DNA of 64,000 bases from assembly GCA_000002445.1 (NCBI GenBank), contig CH464491.1, positions 4,128,001 to 4,192,000 of the forward strand, written 5' to 3'. Position numbers and translations under genes: made by a program. A model generated the notes under the pieces. The model ran no database searches. It was not told the DNA's origin and saw only the letters and a program-made list of their open reading frames with translations. This DNA comes from Trypanosoma brucei (lineage: Eukaryota). Positions 30,412-42,100 of the stretch are shown piece by piece; positions within the stretch are counted from its first letter, which is position 1, and each line of letters starts with the position of its first letter.

Positions 30412-32888
30412 GATTCCCTGGGACGAGTGTGAAACAAAAAGAAGCTACCTGTCAAACTGCACGAAACCGGAAGGAAACACGCCAGAGTTCAGCGCCCGGT
30501 TTTATTCTAGTTCACAGTTTACGCGCAATGAACGCCACTGCCCATTTTAAGGAGAAAACGAACCGACAAAAAAAGAAGAGGAGAGGAGAGAAAAAACGTA
30601 TACGAGTGAAGTTTATTCACCAGGTGCACACGGCAACCACGACACTGCACCACGTCATAATGAGCACCGAGAGCTCAACCATGTACATCAACAATGACAA
30701 CAGAGGAAGGATCAGTTTCTCTCTTTTAAGAAAAAAAAAAAAGAAAACAACAACGAAACGAAGAAACAAAGGCGATGTTGCCCTATGCCACCGGAGAACT
30801 GTAAGTCTCGAAGATGTCTGGTGGGTCAAAATCGTTTTGCACCTCCGCTTTACAGGTTGAATCTTATCACATCATGCACTAATCAAAAGTAAAAGAAAAA
30901 GAGTTCTCCTATTCACGGCTGAGCACTGTAAACGCTTGCTGTTAACATATATTTTCCTTCACCGTCGCGAAAATTAAAAAAAAAGGAATATGACAGAAAT
31001 AACAACTGGATAATTAAAAATGAAAAGACATCCTCTAATGCAGTTTAATCGCCAAAACTTCCGCTGCGTTTCATTTTTCCTTCCCTCCAAACTGCTTTCC
31101 GATCAGTTACGCTCCGTTCAAGCCACCTGCTTCGTCTTTTCTGTTCCACTGTGAAGCAGCGCTTTTTTACACACAGACAAACATGCACGAAAATTTGGAT
31201 GGGCAAAAGAAATTTGCAGCAAATCACAAAGATGCGAATTCTGTTACGAAAACGAGCTGAAGAGACTTCGGCCGCTGCATTTATCGACCACCGTCACTTC
31301 TTTTCTTTTCTTTTCTTTTTTTTTTGAATAATTTACCCCTTTTTCTTTTCCTTTCATTCCCTCCTCCCCGACCCCAAAACCCCTCCCTCCTCTTTACTTT
31401 TCTCCTGTTTCCTTTTCTTTCCTTTCCTTTCCTTCTTTCTTTTGATGACGCACTTCAACTCTCCCTCTCTCCCTTTTTTTTTTCGACATTTACTCCATTC
31501 ATCATTCGACACGTCACACCTTCTTACTTTCTCCTTCAAGTGGCCCAACCAAACAGACGTACTGCCCCCAATATGCACTTCTTTTTTTTTTTCTTCAACA
31601 AAAGAAAAAACAATCATTTTCCCTCTATTTTAAAGATCACTAATTATATGCTTATTACTAATTATTATTGTTATTTGTGCATCTGACCCTTAACGATCCT
31701 CACATTTATATGAATATTTATGCGAGTGTAAATATGTGCATGCGGAGTATTACCGTCACAATCATCTTCACTGGCGCCATTCCATCCCTCCGTCCATTAT
31801 ATATCCTCCAACTCTGCTGTATTCTTTTTTTTTTCCTTCTTTTTTTTCTTTTCTCCCCTTCAGCTCTCCCCGTTACTTAAACGCGTTTTGTTTATTTCAT
31901 TAATTTAATGACGCTAATATTAATAATTCTCTACCCGATGTACACTAGCCGTATTTTTCCCCCCCCTTGCATTATTACACTTTATTACTAAAATATGTCT
32001 TGCTTCATTTTCCTTTTTTTTTCTACCATTTGTGTTGTCGCAAAGACAGTTGAACACAATGAACGACGACAACATGAACAACAATAAAAAAAAAGTGCAG
32101 ACGAGTGGGCGCAGAGCCGCAGCACTCTTGCAAAAGAGTCAATAAACTCACAATGAAGGTTGGTGAGAAATAAGAGGTGTTAAGAAAAGCGTAAACTTCA
32201 CACTTTTAATCTTCCAACTCTTTTTTCTTCCCTCCAGTGAGCAAAGACACATATAAATACATATATATAAATACATATAAATATATATTCCCAGCCACTG
32301 TTAAGAACAAACAATTAAGAAAGCGCTTACCGAAACGGAAACAAACAAACAAAAAAGCAAAGCAGAAAAGAACAGAACAAAAAAAAACAAAAACAAACAT
32401 CATTATTATTTCTAACATTAGTTTTGGGTACGGTGCGTAATGAAATACGCACCACATACACACGCACATACAAAAATATGTATATAAATGTATATAAATA
32501 TGTGACCTAATACAACATTTATTATGAGAAAGTGCATGCATTCACCAACTCAAGCATTCCTTACAGTACGTCCCTCTTGCGTGGGCATAAATAAAACAAC
32601 AACATAAGTGAAAAAAACGTGAAACAAAAAAAATGTTCAGGAACAACAAAAGAAAAAAAAGAATCAGAAACCCATGGAGAGGAGCGGAGGAGGAAGAGGA
32701 AAGAAAGCTATTCGACTAATATGTAAGCGGCACATACTTCGACGCATATTTACATACACACAAGAACTCATATAAATATATTTGCACGAGTTCGCCAATC
32801 TCTATAACAGCAAAAGAAAAAAAACGAAAACCGGTAAGGGAATAGTAAGAATATAACCGCGTGATTCTTATTTTTCCCCTGCCTCAGC

Positions 32889-32936
32889 TACACACACGCG
32901 CACACATACACACACACATACATATACATACATACA
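32889..32936. repeat. CA-rich (CA/CATA)n microsatellite.
   Basis: Direct read: acacacacgcgcacacatacacacacacatacatatacatacatacac. Confidence 0.8.
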
Positions 32937-33085
32937 CGGCAAGAATTACTATGAATGCATCATGCAACTGTTTGTGGAGCGGAGTGAAGCGAAGAGAGGG
33001 GGGGAAAAAAACAAAACAAGAAAACTGACAACAACACGTGGTGGCGATGGAAAAGCAGAATAGAAAAGTGCGCACTCGAAAAAAA

Positions 33086-33130
33086 ATAATAATAATAACA
33101 ACAACAACAATAATAATAATAATAATAATA
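33086..33130. repeat. (AAT)n/(AAC)n trinucleotide repeat.
   Basis: Direct read: aataataataacaacaacaacaataataataataataataa. Confidence 0.85.
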
Positions 33131-33299
33131 AAACGAATAAAAAACGGAAACTACAGCGTCGAACAAAAACAACAACGGCGGAGCAACGGGAAGGATGTAA
33201 TCATTCTCAGGGGTCAACTCACAAAGCAGTTTCGAAAGATACGGGTAGGAAAAATTTTTTTAAAAGGAGAATGTGAAAGAAAAAGAAGAAGAAGCATAA

Positions 33300-35238
33300 G
33301 TGCCGTTGAAGGTTGGTACACAAGGAAACCCATGTCACTTATGGCGTCGTAACTGTTTGCGCACTCAGCACTGAGTTTCCGGCGCCCTCACACGAACAAC
33401 TTCCACCTTGTTGGCGATAAGCGCCAAAATGTTTTCCGACACGACGGAGACTGTACCGAAGACGAGACCCACGACGCCAGCACATAAAAGAAAGTAGGTT
33501 CCAAAAAAGTGGAAGTTGCCCACATTCCGTCGAGTCCATTTGCCAGAATACATGTAGAATAGCGATGGGAATATGAAACTGAGGAACCCGCCACAAATAG
33601 CACCCACAATACCAAACACAGTGTTAATGTTAGGAATGAAGAGGCCAGCCAGCAACACAACGAGGGAAAGGGGAATCACGAAGGAAAAGTGCTTCCAATA
33701 AGGCAGCGTCTCTAATTCCCAGCCCAGAACATGATATATTGTGTTCCGCAACGCCATTGTTTGAAGGGCGTAAGCAACACAAAGTTTGACCACCATGCCA
33801 ATGAAACCTATCATCATCATCACCTCCGTGATGGGATTGTACATGAGAAGAATTGAGTTGTCGATAGCACCACCAAACTCACCATACGCAAACAAAATAG
33901 TGAGTGCGTACAGAATACCGCAAAACGCCATGGATATGGCAGCGTACACTGTGAACCTGGCACAGCTGCGCTTCTTCATCTCCCAGTAAACTTCATAGCA
34001 ATTGATCTGGCAAACATATGCAAACATAAAAACACCAACGGACGCAATAGCAGAGTTTCCAGTGTTGAACAACTTCACGCCATCTTCTTCATCACTCGTT
34101 AACTTCGGGAGTCCGCTTTGAGCTCCATGAATCACAATTGCGAAGACGAAGTACAGGACAAAAATAATTGCGAAACCGGAAACATAGCGGAGCGAGTTAA
34201 CCCTCTTCGGTAAAACGAGTGGCAACATGAAAACCATCCATGTGAGTGCAGTCAGGAGACGAATCCCACCCGGAGTCCTCAGGAACTCGGGAGCACCGCA
34301 CGATTTCTCTATGATGGGATTCAACACATGGCCGACGCTAATCACATAGGAAACCGTCGCACCGAACGAGTTGATCCATCGAATAACAACAACAAAATAC
34401 TCAAACCTTCGCCCCATAACCCCTCTTGCGGTGTGCTCAAACGTGCGAAGACCGGTCTTCTCCATCACAAGTGACAGGATATGCAGGGAAAAAACACCCA
34501 ACCCACCAATAACCACCAAATACAACATTGCCATCACAAGCCCACTGCGGTTTGCCGCGGCAGGAAGTCCAAGGATACCGGCACCAATGCACACTGAACA
34601 AAGGTTAAAAACACTTGACACTAATCCACCATATGGAACAACAGTACCTGCAATATGCTTCATCTTTGCACTAAATGATTGCCACACGGATGGCGGTGCA
34701 TCGCCACGAGCGTCAACCCTCTTGTTCTTATCATCCGTGTGAATAGGTTCACTCGCATCAACTATTCCTGAAGGTTCCGCAGGAAAAGTCTGTTGGGTTA
34801 CGGGTGAAGTGGTGTTCTCGACATCAGTGGCACACTTGCCTTTGTCAGACATACCTTAATGTGCGCGATGGCAACGTCAATAAATGGGTAACTTATTGGA
34901 TATCGCCTGTCTTATACCAATCGTTGTACAACTCACGAAAGAAAGCACCCTTGTGTTATTATGTTACTCGCACTTCTCGTTTCGCTAGTAAGTTACTACC
35001 TTCAAGTAGATTATTAGCCTTTACTGTCGGTGTGCAGGAGTAAACAGAAGAAACAACAAAGTGAAGACAATGAAGGGAAATGATAGATCAGTACGTGCTC
35101 AAACATAGACGAGATAAGTCGGTATATTGAAGGGAGAAATAGGAAAGATAATGAAACAAGATACCTACACTTTACGTAATAGAGACATATTTGGAAAAGG
35201 GTATTTTGCTTCCCACAGTTGATAGAAAAAATATATAT
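33300..35238. repeat. AAT paralog unit A (gene, identical 386-bp upstream block and a partly similar 3' flank).
   Basis: 34853-35238 is almost identical to 37440-37825. The first 29 codons are identical to unit B. The 3' flank shares aaggttggtacaca...gactgtttg..gcactcagc. Confidence 0.85.
33365..34852 (-). CDS. Amino acid transporter (AAT family), 495 aa, paralog A.
   Basis: ATG at 34850-34852. It has about 11 TM helices and Aa_trans-like stretches (VVPYGGLVSSVFNLCSVCIGAGILGLP, FMFAYVCQINCYEVYWEMKK, IVGAICGGFLSFIFPSLFYM). It is about 85% identical to paralog B. Confidence 0.85.
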   Translation of the reverse strand: MSDKGKCATDVENTTSPVTQQTFPAEPSGIVDASEPIHTDDKNKRVDARGDAPPSVWQSFSAKMKHIAGTVVPYGGLVSSVFNLCSVCIGAGILGLPAAANRSGLVMAMLYLVVIGGLGVFSLHILSLVMEKTGLRTFEHTARGVMGRRFEYFVVVIRWINSFGATVSYVISVGHVLNPIIEKSCGAPEFLRTPGGIRLLTALTWMVFMLPLVLPKRVNSLRYVSGFAIIFVLYFVFAIVIHGAQSGLPKLTSDEEDGVKLFNTGNSAIASVGVFMFAYVCQINCYEVYWEMKKRSCARFTVYAAISMAFCGILYALTILFAYGEFGGAIDNSILLMYNPITEVMMMIGFIGMVVKLCVAYALQTMALRNTIYHVLGWELETLPYWKHFSFVIPLSLVVLLAGLFIPNINTVFGIVGAICGGFLSFIFPSLFYMYSGKWTRRNVGNFHFFGTYFLLCAGVVGLVFGTVSVVSENILALIANKVEVVRVRAPETQC

Positions 35239-35879
35239 ATTTAAAAAAATCTACCAGAAACACAAACATTGTCACTAACCGCAGTGCGAAGAGCACACAA
35301 ACTATTTGTCAAGGGTTGAATGCGCACAACAAAAACAAAAAAGGGGTTGCACGCATAGAACGTCGAAAAGAAAAATAAAATAAAAGACAAATATTCACTT
35401 TTTAAAAACGCGGAGCGCAGGCTCCTTTTTACCGGTGAAACAAAAATATCTGAATTTTGCTGTGCATCAATCCATTCAAACGTGTGGTATTGCGCCATCG
35501 GTAAAAAAAAAAAATACAAACGAAACCGGACCGATTGGTAAAGCATGGTCAAGAGGGGGCATCGTGGTGGCAACTTGCATCAATAGTACAAAATAAAAAT
35601 AAAAATAATTTGACGTTTTCGTTTTGGCTCCACTAACCTATTGGAAACGAAACACAAATACAAAGAACCTTAAAATTCAATACACTGGTAGCAGTAGGTG
35701 TAACAAGGCCAGTGGTTACGTTTTTTTCTTTCTTTTGCATATATGTATAACTTTTCGTTTGGTTGTATTAGATAATATAAAATATTTAATAAGAAAGGAA
35801 GGTTAAGGTACCTTACGGCTGCGTAATTCACTTTACGGAGTTAACACGTCTTGTTTAAGGTTAAACAGGGAAGAGAAAA

Positions 35880-37825
35880 GAAATTTTACCCAACGTCAAA
35901 GGTTGGTACACATAGAAATCGACGCCATAAGTGACGTCGCGACTGTTTGAGCACTCAGCAGACAGGCGGGGGCTTAATAACAGCAGCGCCACCACCACCG
36001 TGAATGAACGACATGATGGTGTTTGTTACAACAGTGACTGTGCCGAACACGAGACCCACTACACCAAGAATGAACAGTGCGTAGGTTCCAAAAAAGTGGA
36101 AGTTGCCCACATTCCGTCGAGTCCATTTGCCAGAATACATGTAGAATAGCGATGGGAATATAGCGCTCAGGAACCCGCCACAAATAGCACCCACAATACC
36201 AAACACAGTGTTAATGTTAGGAATGAAGAGGCCAGCCAGCAACACGGTGAGGGAAAGGGGAATCACGAAGGAAAAGTGCTTCCAATAAGGCAGCGTCTCT
36301 AATTCCCAGCCCAGAACATGATATATTGAATTGCGAATCGCCATTGTTTGAAGGGCGTAACTAATACATATCTTAACGACCACACCTATAGAGCCTATCA
36401 GCATCATGACCTCCGTGATGGGATTGTACATGAGAAGAATTGAGTTGGTCACAGTGCCGCCAAACTCACCATAGCCGAAAAAGGCAACAAAGCCGTAAAA
36501 AGTGCCGCAAAAAGCCATGGATATGGCAGCGTACAATGTGAACCTGGCACAGCTGCGCTTCTTCATCTCCCAGTAAACTTCATAAATATTGATCTGGCAA
36601 ACATATGCAAACATAAATACACCAACGGACGCAATAGCAGAGTTCCCACTGTTGAACAACTTCACGCCATCTTCTTCATCACTCGTTAACTTCGGGAGTC
36701 CGCTTTGAGCTCCATGAATCACAATTGTAAGTGCAAAATACAGGACAAAAATAATTGCGAAACCGGAAACATAGCGGAGCGAGTTAACCCTCTTCGGTAA
36801 AATGAGTGGTAACATGAAAACCATCCATGTGAGTGCAGTCAGGAGACGAATCCCACCCGGAGTCCTCAGGAACTCGGGAGCACCGCATGAGTTCTCTATG
36901 ATGGGTCTTAAAACATGACCGATAGTAATAATATAGGAGGTACTTGTACCGAACGAGTTCAGCAAACGAATTGCAATGACGAAGTATACAAATCGTCCAC
37001 CCATAACCCCTCTTGCGGTGTGCTCAAACGTGCGAAGACCGGTCTTCTCCATCACAAGTGACAGGATATGCAGGGAAAAAACTGTCATTAATGCCATGAT
37101 GATCAAATACAACATTGCCATCACAAGCCCACTGCGGTTTGCCGCGGCAGGAAGTCCAAGAAAACCGGCACCAATGCACACTGAACAAAGATTAAAAACA
37201 CTTGACGCTAATCCACCATATGGAACAACAGTACCTGCAATGTGCTTCATCTTTGCACTAAATGATTGCCACACGGATGGCGGTGCATCGCCACGAGCGT
37301 CAACCCTCTTGTTCTTATCATCCGCATAAACAGGTTCACTGACTTTGCTTACTCCTGAAGGTTCCGCAGGAAAAGTCTGTTGGGTTACGGGTGAAGTGGT
37401 GTTCTCGACATCAGTGGCACACTTGCCTTTGTCAGACATACCTTAATGTGCGCGATGGCAACGTCAATAAATGGGTAACTTATTGGATATCGCCTGTCTT
37501 ATACCAATCGTTGTACAACTCACGAAAGAAAGCACCCTTGTGTTATTATGTTACTCGCACTTCTCGTTTCGCTAGTAAGTTACTACCTTCAAGTAGATTA
37601 TTAGCCTTTACTGTCGGTGTGCAGGAGTAAACGGAAGAAACAACAAAGTGAAGACAATGAAGGGAAATGATAGATCAGTACGTGCTCAAACATAGACGAG
37701 ATAAGTCGGTATATTGAAGGGAGAAATAGGAAAGATAATGAAACAAGATACCTACACTTTACGTAATAGAGACATATTTGGAAAAGGGTATTTTGCTTCC
37801 CACAGTTGATAGAAAAAATATATAT
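35880..37825. repeat. AAT paralog unit B.
   Basis: See unit A. Confidence 0.85.
35955..37439 (-). CDS. Amino acid transporter (AAT family), 494 aa, paralog B.
   Basis: ATG at 37437-37439. Its N-terminus is identical to paralog A for 29 aa. The extreme C-terminal tail differs (..NTIMSFIHGGGGAAVIKPPPVC vs ..ENILALIANKVEVVRVRAPETQC). Confidence 0.85.
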   Translation of the reverse strand: MSDKGKCATDVENTTSPVTQQTFPAEPSGVSKVSEPVYADDKNKRVDARGDAPPSVWQSFSAKMKHIAGTVVPYGGLASSVFNLCSVCIGAGFLGLPAAANRSGLVMAMLYLIIMALMTVFSLHILSLVMEKTGLRTFEHTARGVMGGRFVYFVIAIRLLNSFGTSTSYIITIGHVLRPIIENSCGAPEFLRTPGGIRLLTALTWMVFMLPLILPKRVNSLRYVSGFAIIFVLYFALTIVIHGAQSGLPKLTSDEEDGVKLFNSGNSAIASVGVFMFAYVCQINIYEVYWEMKKRSCARFTLYAAISMAFCGTFYGFVAFFGYGEFGGTVTNSILLMYNPITEVMMLIGSIGVVVKICISYALQTMAIRNSIYHVLGWELETLPYWKHFSFVIPLSLTVLLAGLFIPNINTVFGIVGAICGGFLSAIFPSLFYMYSGKWTRRNVGNFHFFGTYALFILGVVGLVFGTVTVVTNTIMSFIHGGGGAAVIKPPPVC

Positions 37826-39155
37826 GCGTTGTAAGAACGATATCAATGATCAGAAACTTTGTAAATTTATAACGAAAATCCTATTTTCCCGAAGAAAAAA
37901 GAATTCCCCCCTTTTTACTATGGAGCGCCCTTCTTTCACAGACGGACTTACCACCTCCATGGAGCACAAGCTGGGCTTATGGCTGAAGGACCAGGCGGGT
38001 GAGCAGACAAACAAACTCCGCGGTTGAAGGGTACGACGGACCCATCACTGAAGTCAAACACGCACCGTAGTGGAAAATAAAATAACGACGCCTTTGTTGT
38101 ACTCACTCCACCGTTTTGCTGTTGAGGGTTTCGAATGTATTGGAAACCTCCATTGGTATGGGTAAAGTTAACCAACACGCCAGAGGGCTGTGCATTCATG
38201 CATCCGCCGAAGCATTAAATCACGTCTTCCTTGCAGTCCCACCCAAACAATACTGGTGGTTCTTTTTTCCCCCGAATGCTTCAACTTGGGAAACGGTGCG
38301 ACTACGACCCGGGTAGTTGATTAAAAGCATTTCTTCCTTACCATCTTTCCTGGCGCTGAAAGGGACGGTGATGGGCTTTTAACATGGCCACTCATGCCAA
38401 ACCACACGCTGCCTTTGCTATCCCACCTTCTATCACGCACTTCATCAACGTTACGGGTAGCTAATATGTGAAATGTGAAGAAGGAGATCAGCAGCGGTCC
38501 TTTAAAAAAACGGGTAAAACACAGTCACAGCATAAGATGAAAATAATAATATCAATAACAATGATAATAACAATGGCGCTGACCTTCACAGAGGATGCCA
38601 ATACGCATAGCAGCCGTGTGCAAGCAAGGGTGGAAAGGGAATGGAAGGGAAAAAAAACCGTACAAAAAGGTTTCAGAAGGCAAAGGAGTCGAGCGGCGAA
38701 CGGTTGCGTTAACAACGTGCAGCGGGCGCCGATGCACAAATGTGGATTGGGAAGTCAAACAGAAAAAAACACAAAAACGCTTCCGTCGCGGTGACGTTCG
38801 AACACTGCTGTCTGCTCCTCCCTTCCACATATTTGTAGCATTCTTTCGGATTGCTCCTCTTGCATATTCTTCGTCGTGCACAGCTTTTCTTAACAATTTA
38901 GCCTCCACACATAGTAGTGCACAGCGGTGTTTCCCTCAATACTAATAACAGATGTTGCAACGAGAGTTTTAAGAAAAACAAGGCGCCACAACAGACAGGG
39001 AACAGTGCAAGAATACCTTATCATATCTTGCCGCATGAACACTCAAACACTTATGTCGACAAGCAACTGAAGGTTGAGGGTGATACCCCAAGTTGATTGT
39101 GCCTCTCCGGTAACCACAAAGCTAACCTACACAAATATCTGCCATTTATCAACCA

Positions 39156-42100
39156 TCACACAAGATTCATGAGCGGCAGGGCAAATGTCGCCCTTGTGGG
39201 AGGTGGGAGGTGACGAGTACCTCCCCTCAGCATGTAGTACTGAATTCTTTTTTCTACAGCCACATGCATTCCGGTGAGATTCACCGCAAAGGCAGCAACC
39301 AGGTCATCCAGCATGCTATACGTGTCGTGAAGCAGCCGAAGTATCGGCTGAACCTCAAGGACACGTAGACCTTTGTATATAGTAGCCGCGATTTGTGGGT
39401 ATAAGCTCAGCAGCATGGGTCGTACATGCTGGGCGTAATGTGGAATAGCATAGGGCTGCACACCACCGCGGTCGCCACAGAGTACGCGGTGCTCACGCTC
39501 GAGGCGCTGCAGGCACTGAAGTGCCAACTCAGCATACCGTTGGTGATAAGGCTCACGAGATTTAAATGTCTCCAACTCCTCCGTGTAGGGTAACATAGAT
39601 GCATCAAGCAGGGATGAATCGCTGTGTCCACTTGATCCAACAAAGTTTTCCAGTGAGGCGTCTCGCGTACCACTCCCCGAATGAGACAGTCCCGCTGCGT
39701 CCACAGTTTGACCCACAGCATCTGCGGGCGCTAGCTGCTCAGAAGATAAAACATGCTGTTGCCTCTGCTGATTGTATATATCAAGCATACGGGCGAGTCC
39801 AGGTGAAGAAAACTCCATTTCAGCCTGTCGGGGTGTCCGTTGGAACCTATCCAGCTCCCACTTACTTCTAGCCACACGCGTGTACATCTCACACATAACA
39901 TCCTCGGGAAACGGTACTGCGACACATTCGTTGCCATTCCTAACAAAATCCTTCATCGTCATCCGGGAAGATCTCACGTTCGCATTGTGAAGGCTTGTAT
40001 GAAGAAACAGAAGCACTCCAGCCATAGCGTTAGCATCATCAGGCGAAATACTGCGGGGGTTTTGTGCCGCGTATACTTCACCAAAGCGCTGTTGGATTAC
40101 TACCCACACTTGCGCCTCGAAAGTGGGACGATCCCAAGACATAAACTCGCACGTAGTGTCCCTCAGCGCAATGTCGATAGGCACATTTCTATATGAAAAA
40201 TGTTGCAAGTATTCCCTTAGAATGCGGTCGCAGTCCTTGTCCTTTAGCACGCGCTCGAATATTCCACATAAAGCTCCCCGCTCAACACCCTCGTACGTTT
40301 TGAGAAACAGTGCAAAGGCACTCCAGCCTTCTTCACCCTCTGCCGGAATATAATCTCGCTCCTTCAAGAAGCTCATCGCCTGCCGCCACTGACCCTTGTT
40401 GATTAGGCCTACAGCTAGCTGTGCTGTGCGCTTGCTATGCAGCAGGTAATGTATGTGCTTCCAGTGGTAACCAACACTCCAGCGTCTTTCAACTCCCTGC
40501 TGTTCGAAGAGGGATTCATCAGTCACTATGGGGGAAACGGGCATATTGTTGCCTGTCACCCTTTCCGAGACCCGATGTCCATCCTTCACGTCCCTCTCCG
40601 AGTAGTTGCGGTACACATCATACCAACGGTTATCTGATACCGTGTCACCGGGAAGCCTGGAAAGCACCTGTCCCACAACCTCACGTGTTTGCTGGTGGGA
40701 ATAGTCATCAGGATCTTCCGCGATCCAGCGCTGCAACGAGTGAACTAAATTGTGTATGGCACTCGCACAACCACTGCGCAGGAGTTGTTGTTGGTCGTCA
40801 GAAAGCCAGTCCGGTTCAATAAGATGCGTGAAGGTCATCTCGGCCACGAAATTTACCATGAGCTCCAGCATCCCACCGTACTTACCACCGGCGTCAAATG
40901 TTGGATTACAGTCATAGTTGATGAAAAGCGAAACACACAGATGAGGAACACTGAGAAGCTCCCGCACCATGTCCACAACTGCGTGTTTTTGAGAAAAACT
41001 TGAGTAACGCGACAAAGCTAACGGAAACAGCATTACAGCAAGAACTGTGTGCAGCTCTCGAGCAAGGTGATAATGACATTTTTGGAGTAGCAATGAGATT
41101 ATACGCACCGCAGAGGCGAAGAAAGAAGCTGGGGCCACTGCGGTCAGATTCCGTGCAAGACACCTTGTAAGGTCGTACTTTGTTGCCGTAATCACTAGAG
41201 ACAACCATGTCGCGCAGTGGTGCTCTGCACAACAGTTTGCCATTGGGAGAGCCTGAAATACCGCCTCAAGCATATCAAGTGCAAGCTGCCGCGCTCGTGC
41301 TTCGGGACCTCCCTCACCAGTTGAACCTGATCCGCTTACTGTGCGAGCCCCAAGACTACAGGTATGCTTTATCAGTAACAGTAAATCCTTCATTGCGTCA
41401 GGGAACCGGCCCATTTTCATAGAAGATAAGGCGCTTCCAATTATCTGCCCATTCAAAGTGCTTCGAAAGTAGTCAAAGGAGGAAAACGTGGTCTCAGCGA
41501 ATAACTCACACTCTGAATTATGGCTCAGTGACTGCGCTGCCCTTTCGTCCCCTGTCGTTTCACCCAATGAAGCTTCGACAAAGGGATCCGTGTTGTTCTC
41601 CACACTGATGGGGAGGTGCTTCGAATCGGGCTCCACATCATGAACGTAGTCGTCCAACGGCGTTAGAGACGTAAAGGTGCATGAACGAGAATCTGTAGGT
41701 GCAGATTCCAGGAAAGTTCGAGTCACGCGAAGAACACATAACGGTAGCAGGTCGCGGCTAATCCCCCGAGCCCCTTCACTCGCGCCCAACAGGGCGACGC
41801 GACAACACGTTTGGATGCACCGGGTAACACACTTACCGGTGAACGAAGGGAAACTGTCATCACTCACGAGATCATGCAAAATCTCTACGCTGGTCAGCTG
41901 TAATCCCGCGTCTGTGATGCGTGCAAGCACATCCCCCAACGCCTCGAACATCGCGGCCCCGCACGAAAGTACGCTGCTGCTACCATTGGCCCGATATAGC
42001 ACGATGGATGTCGTATACTGAATGCAATTATTGTGGATCATCCGTTGTAATAGTGGGAGTGCAGCCTCCGTTACGCGCGTCTTCTTGATATAGAGGGCAC

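Noticed and set aside
31443-31520. TGATGA (C-box-like) motif at 31443-31448 in the large spacer, a possible C/D snoRNA
   Set aside because: No convincing D box (CTGA) at the expected distance, no terminal stem and no second copy. I cannot support an snoRNA call by eye.
30430-33364. Strand-switch region or transcription start site interpretation of the 2.9-kb gap
   Set aside because: Genes on both sides are on the same (minus) strand, so divergent or convergent switch architecture is absent. I kept it only as a low-certainty finding about a long UTR or possible ncRNA.
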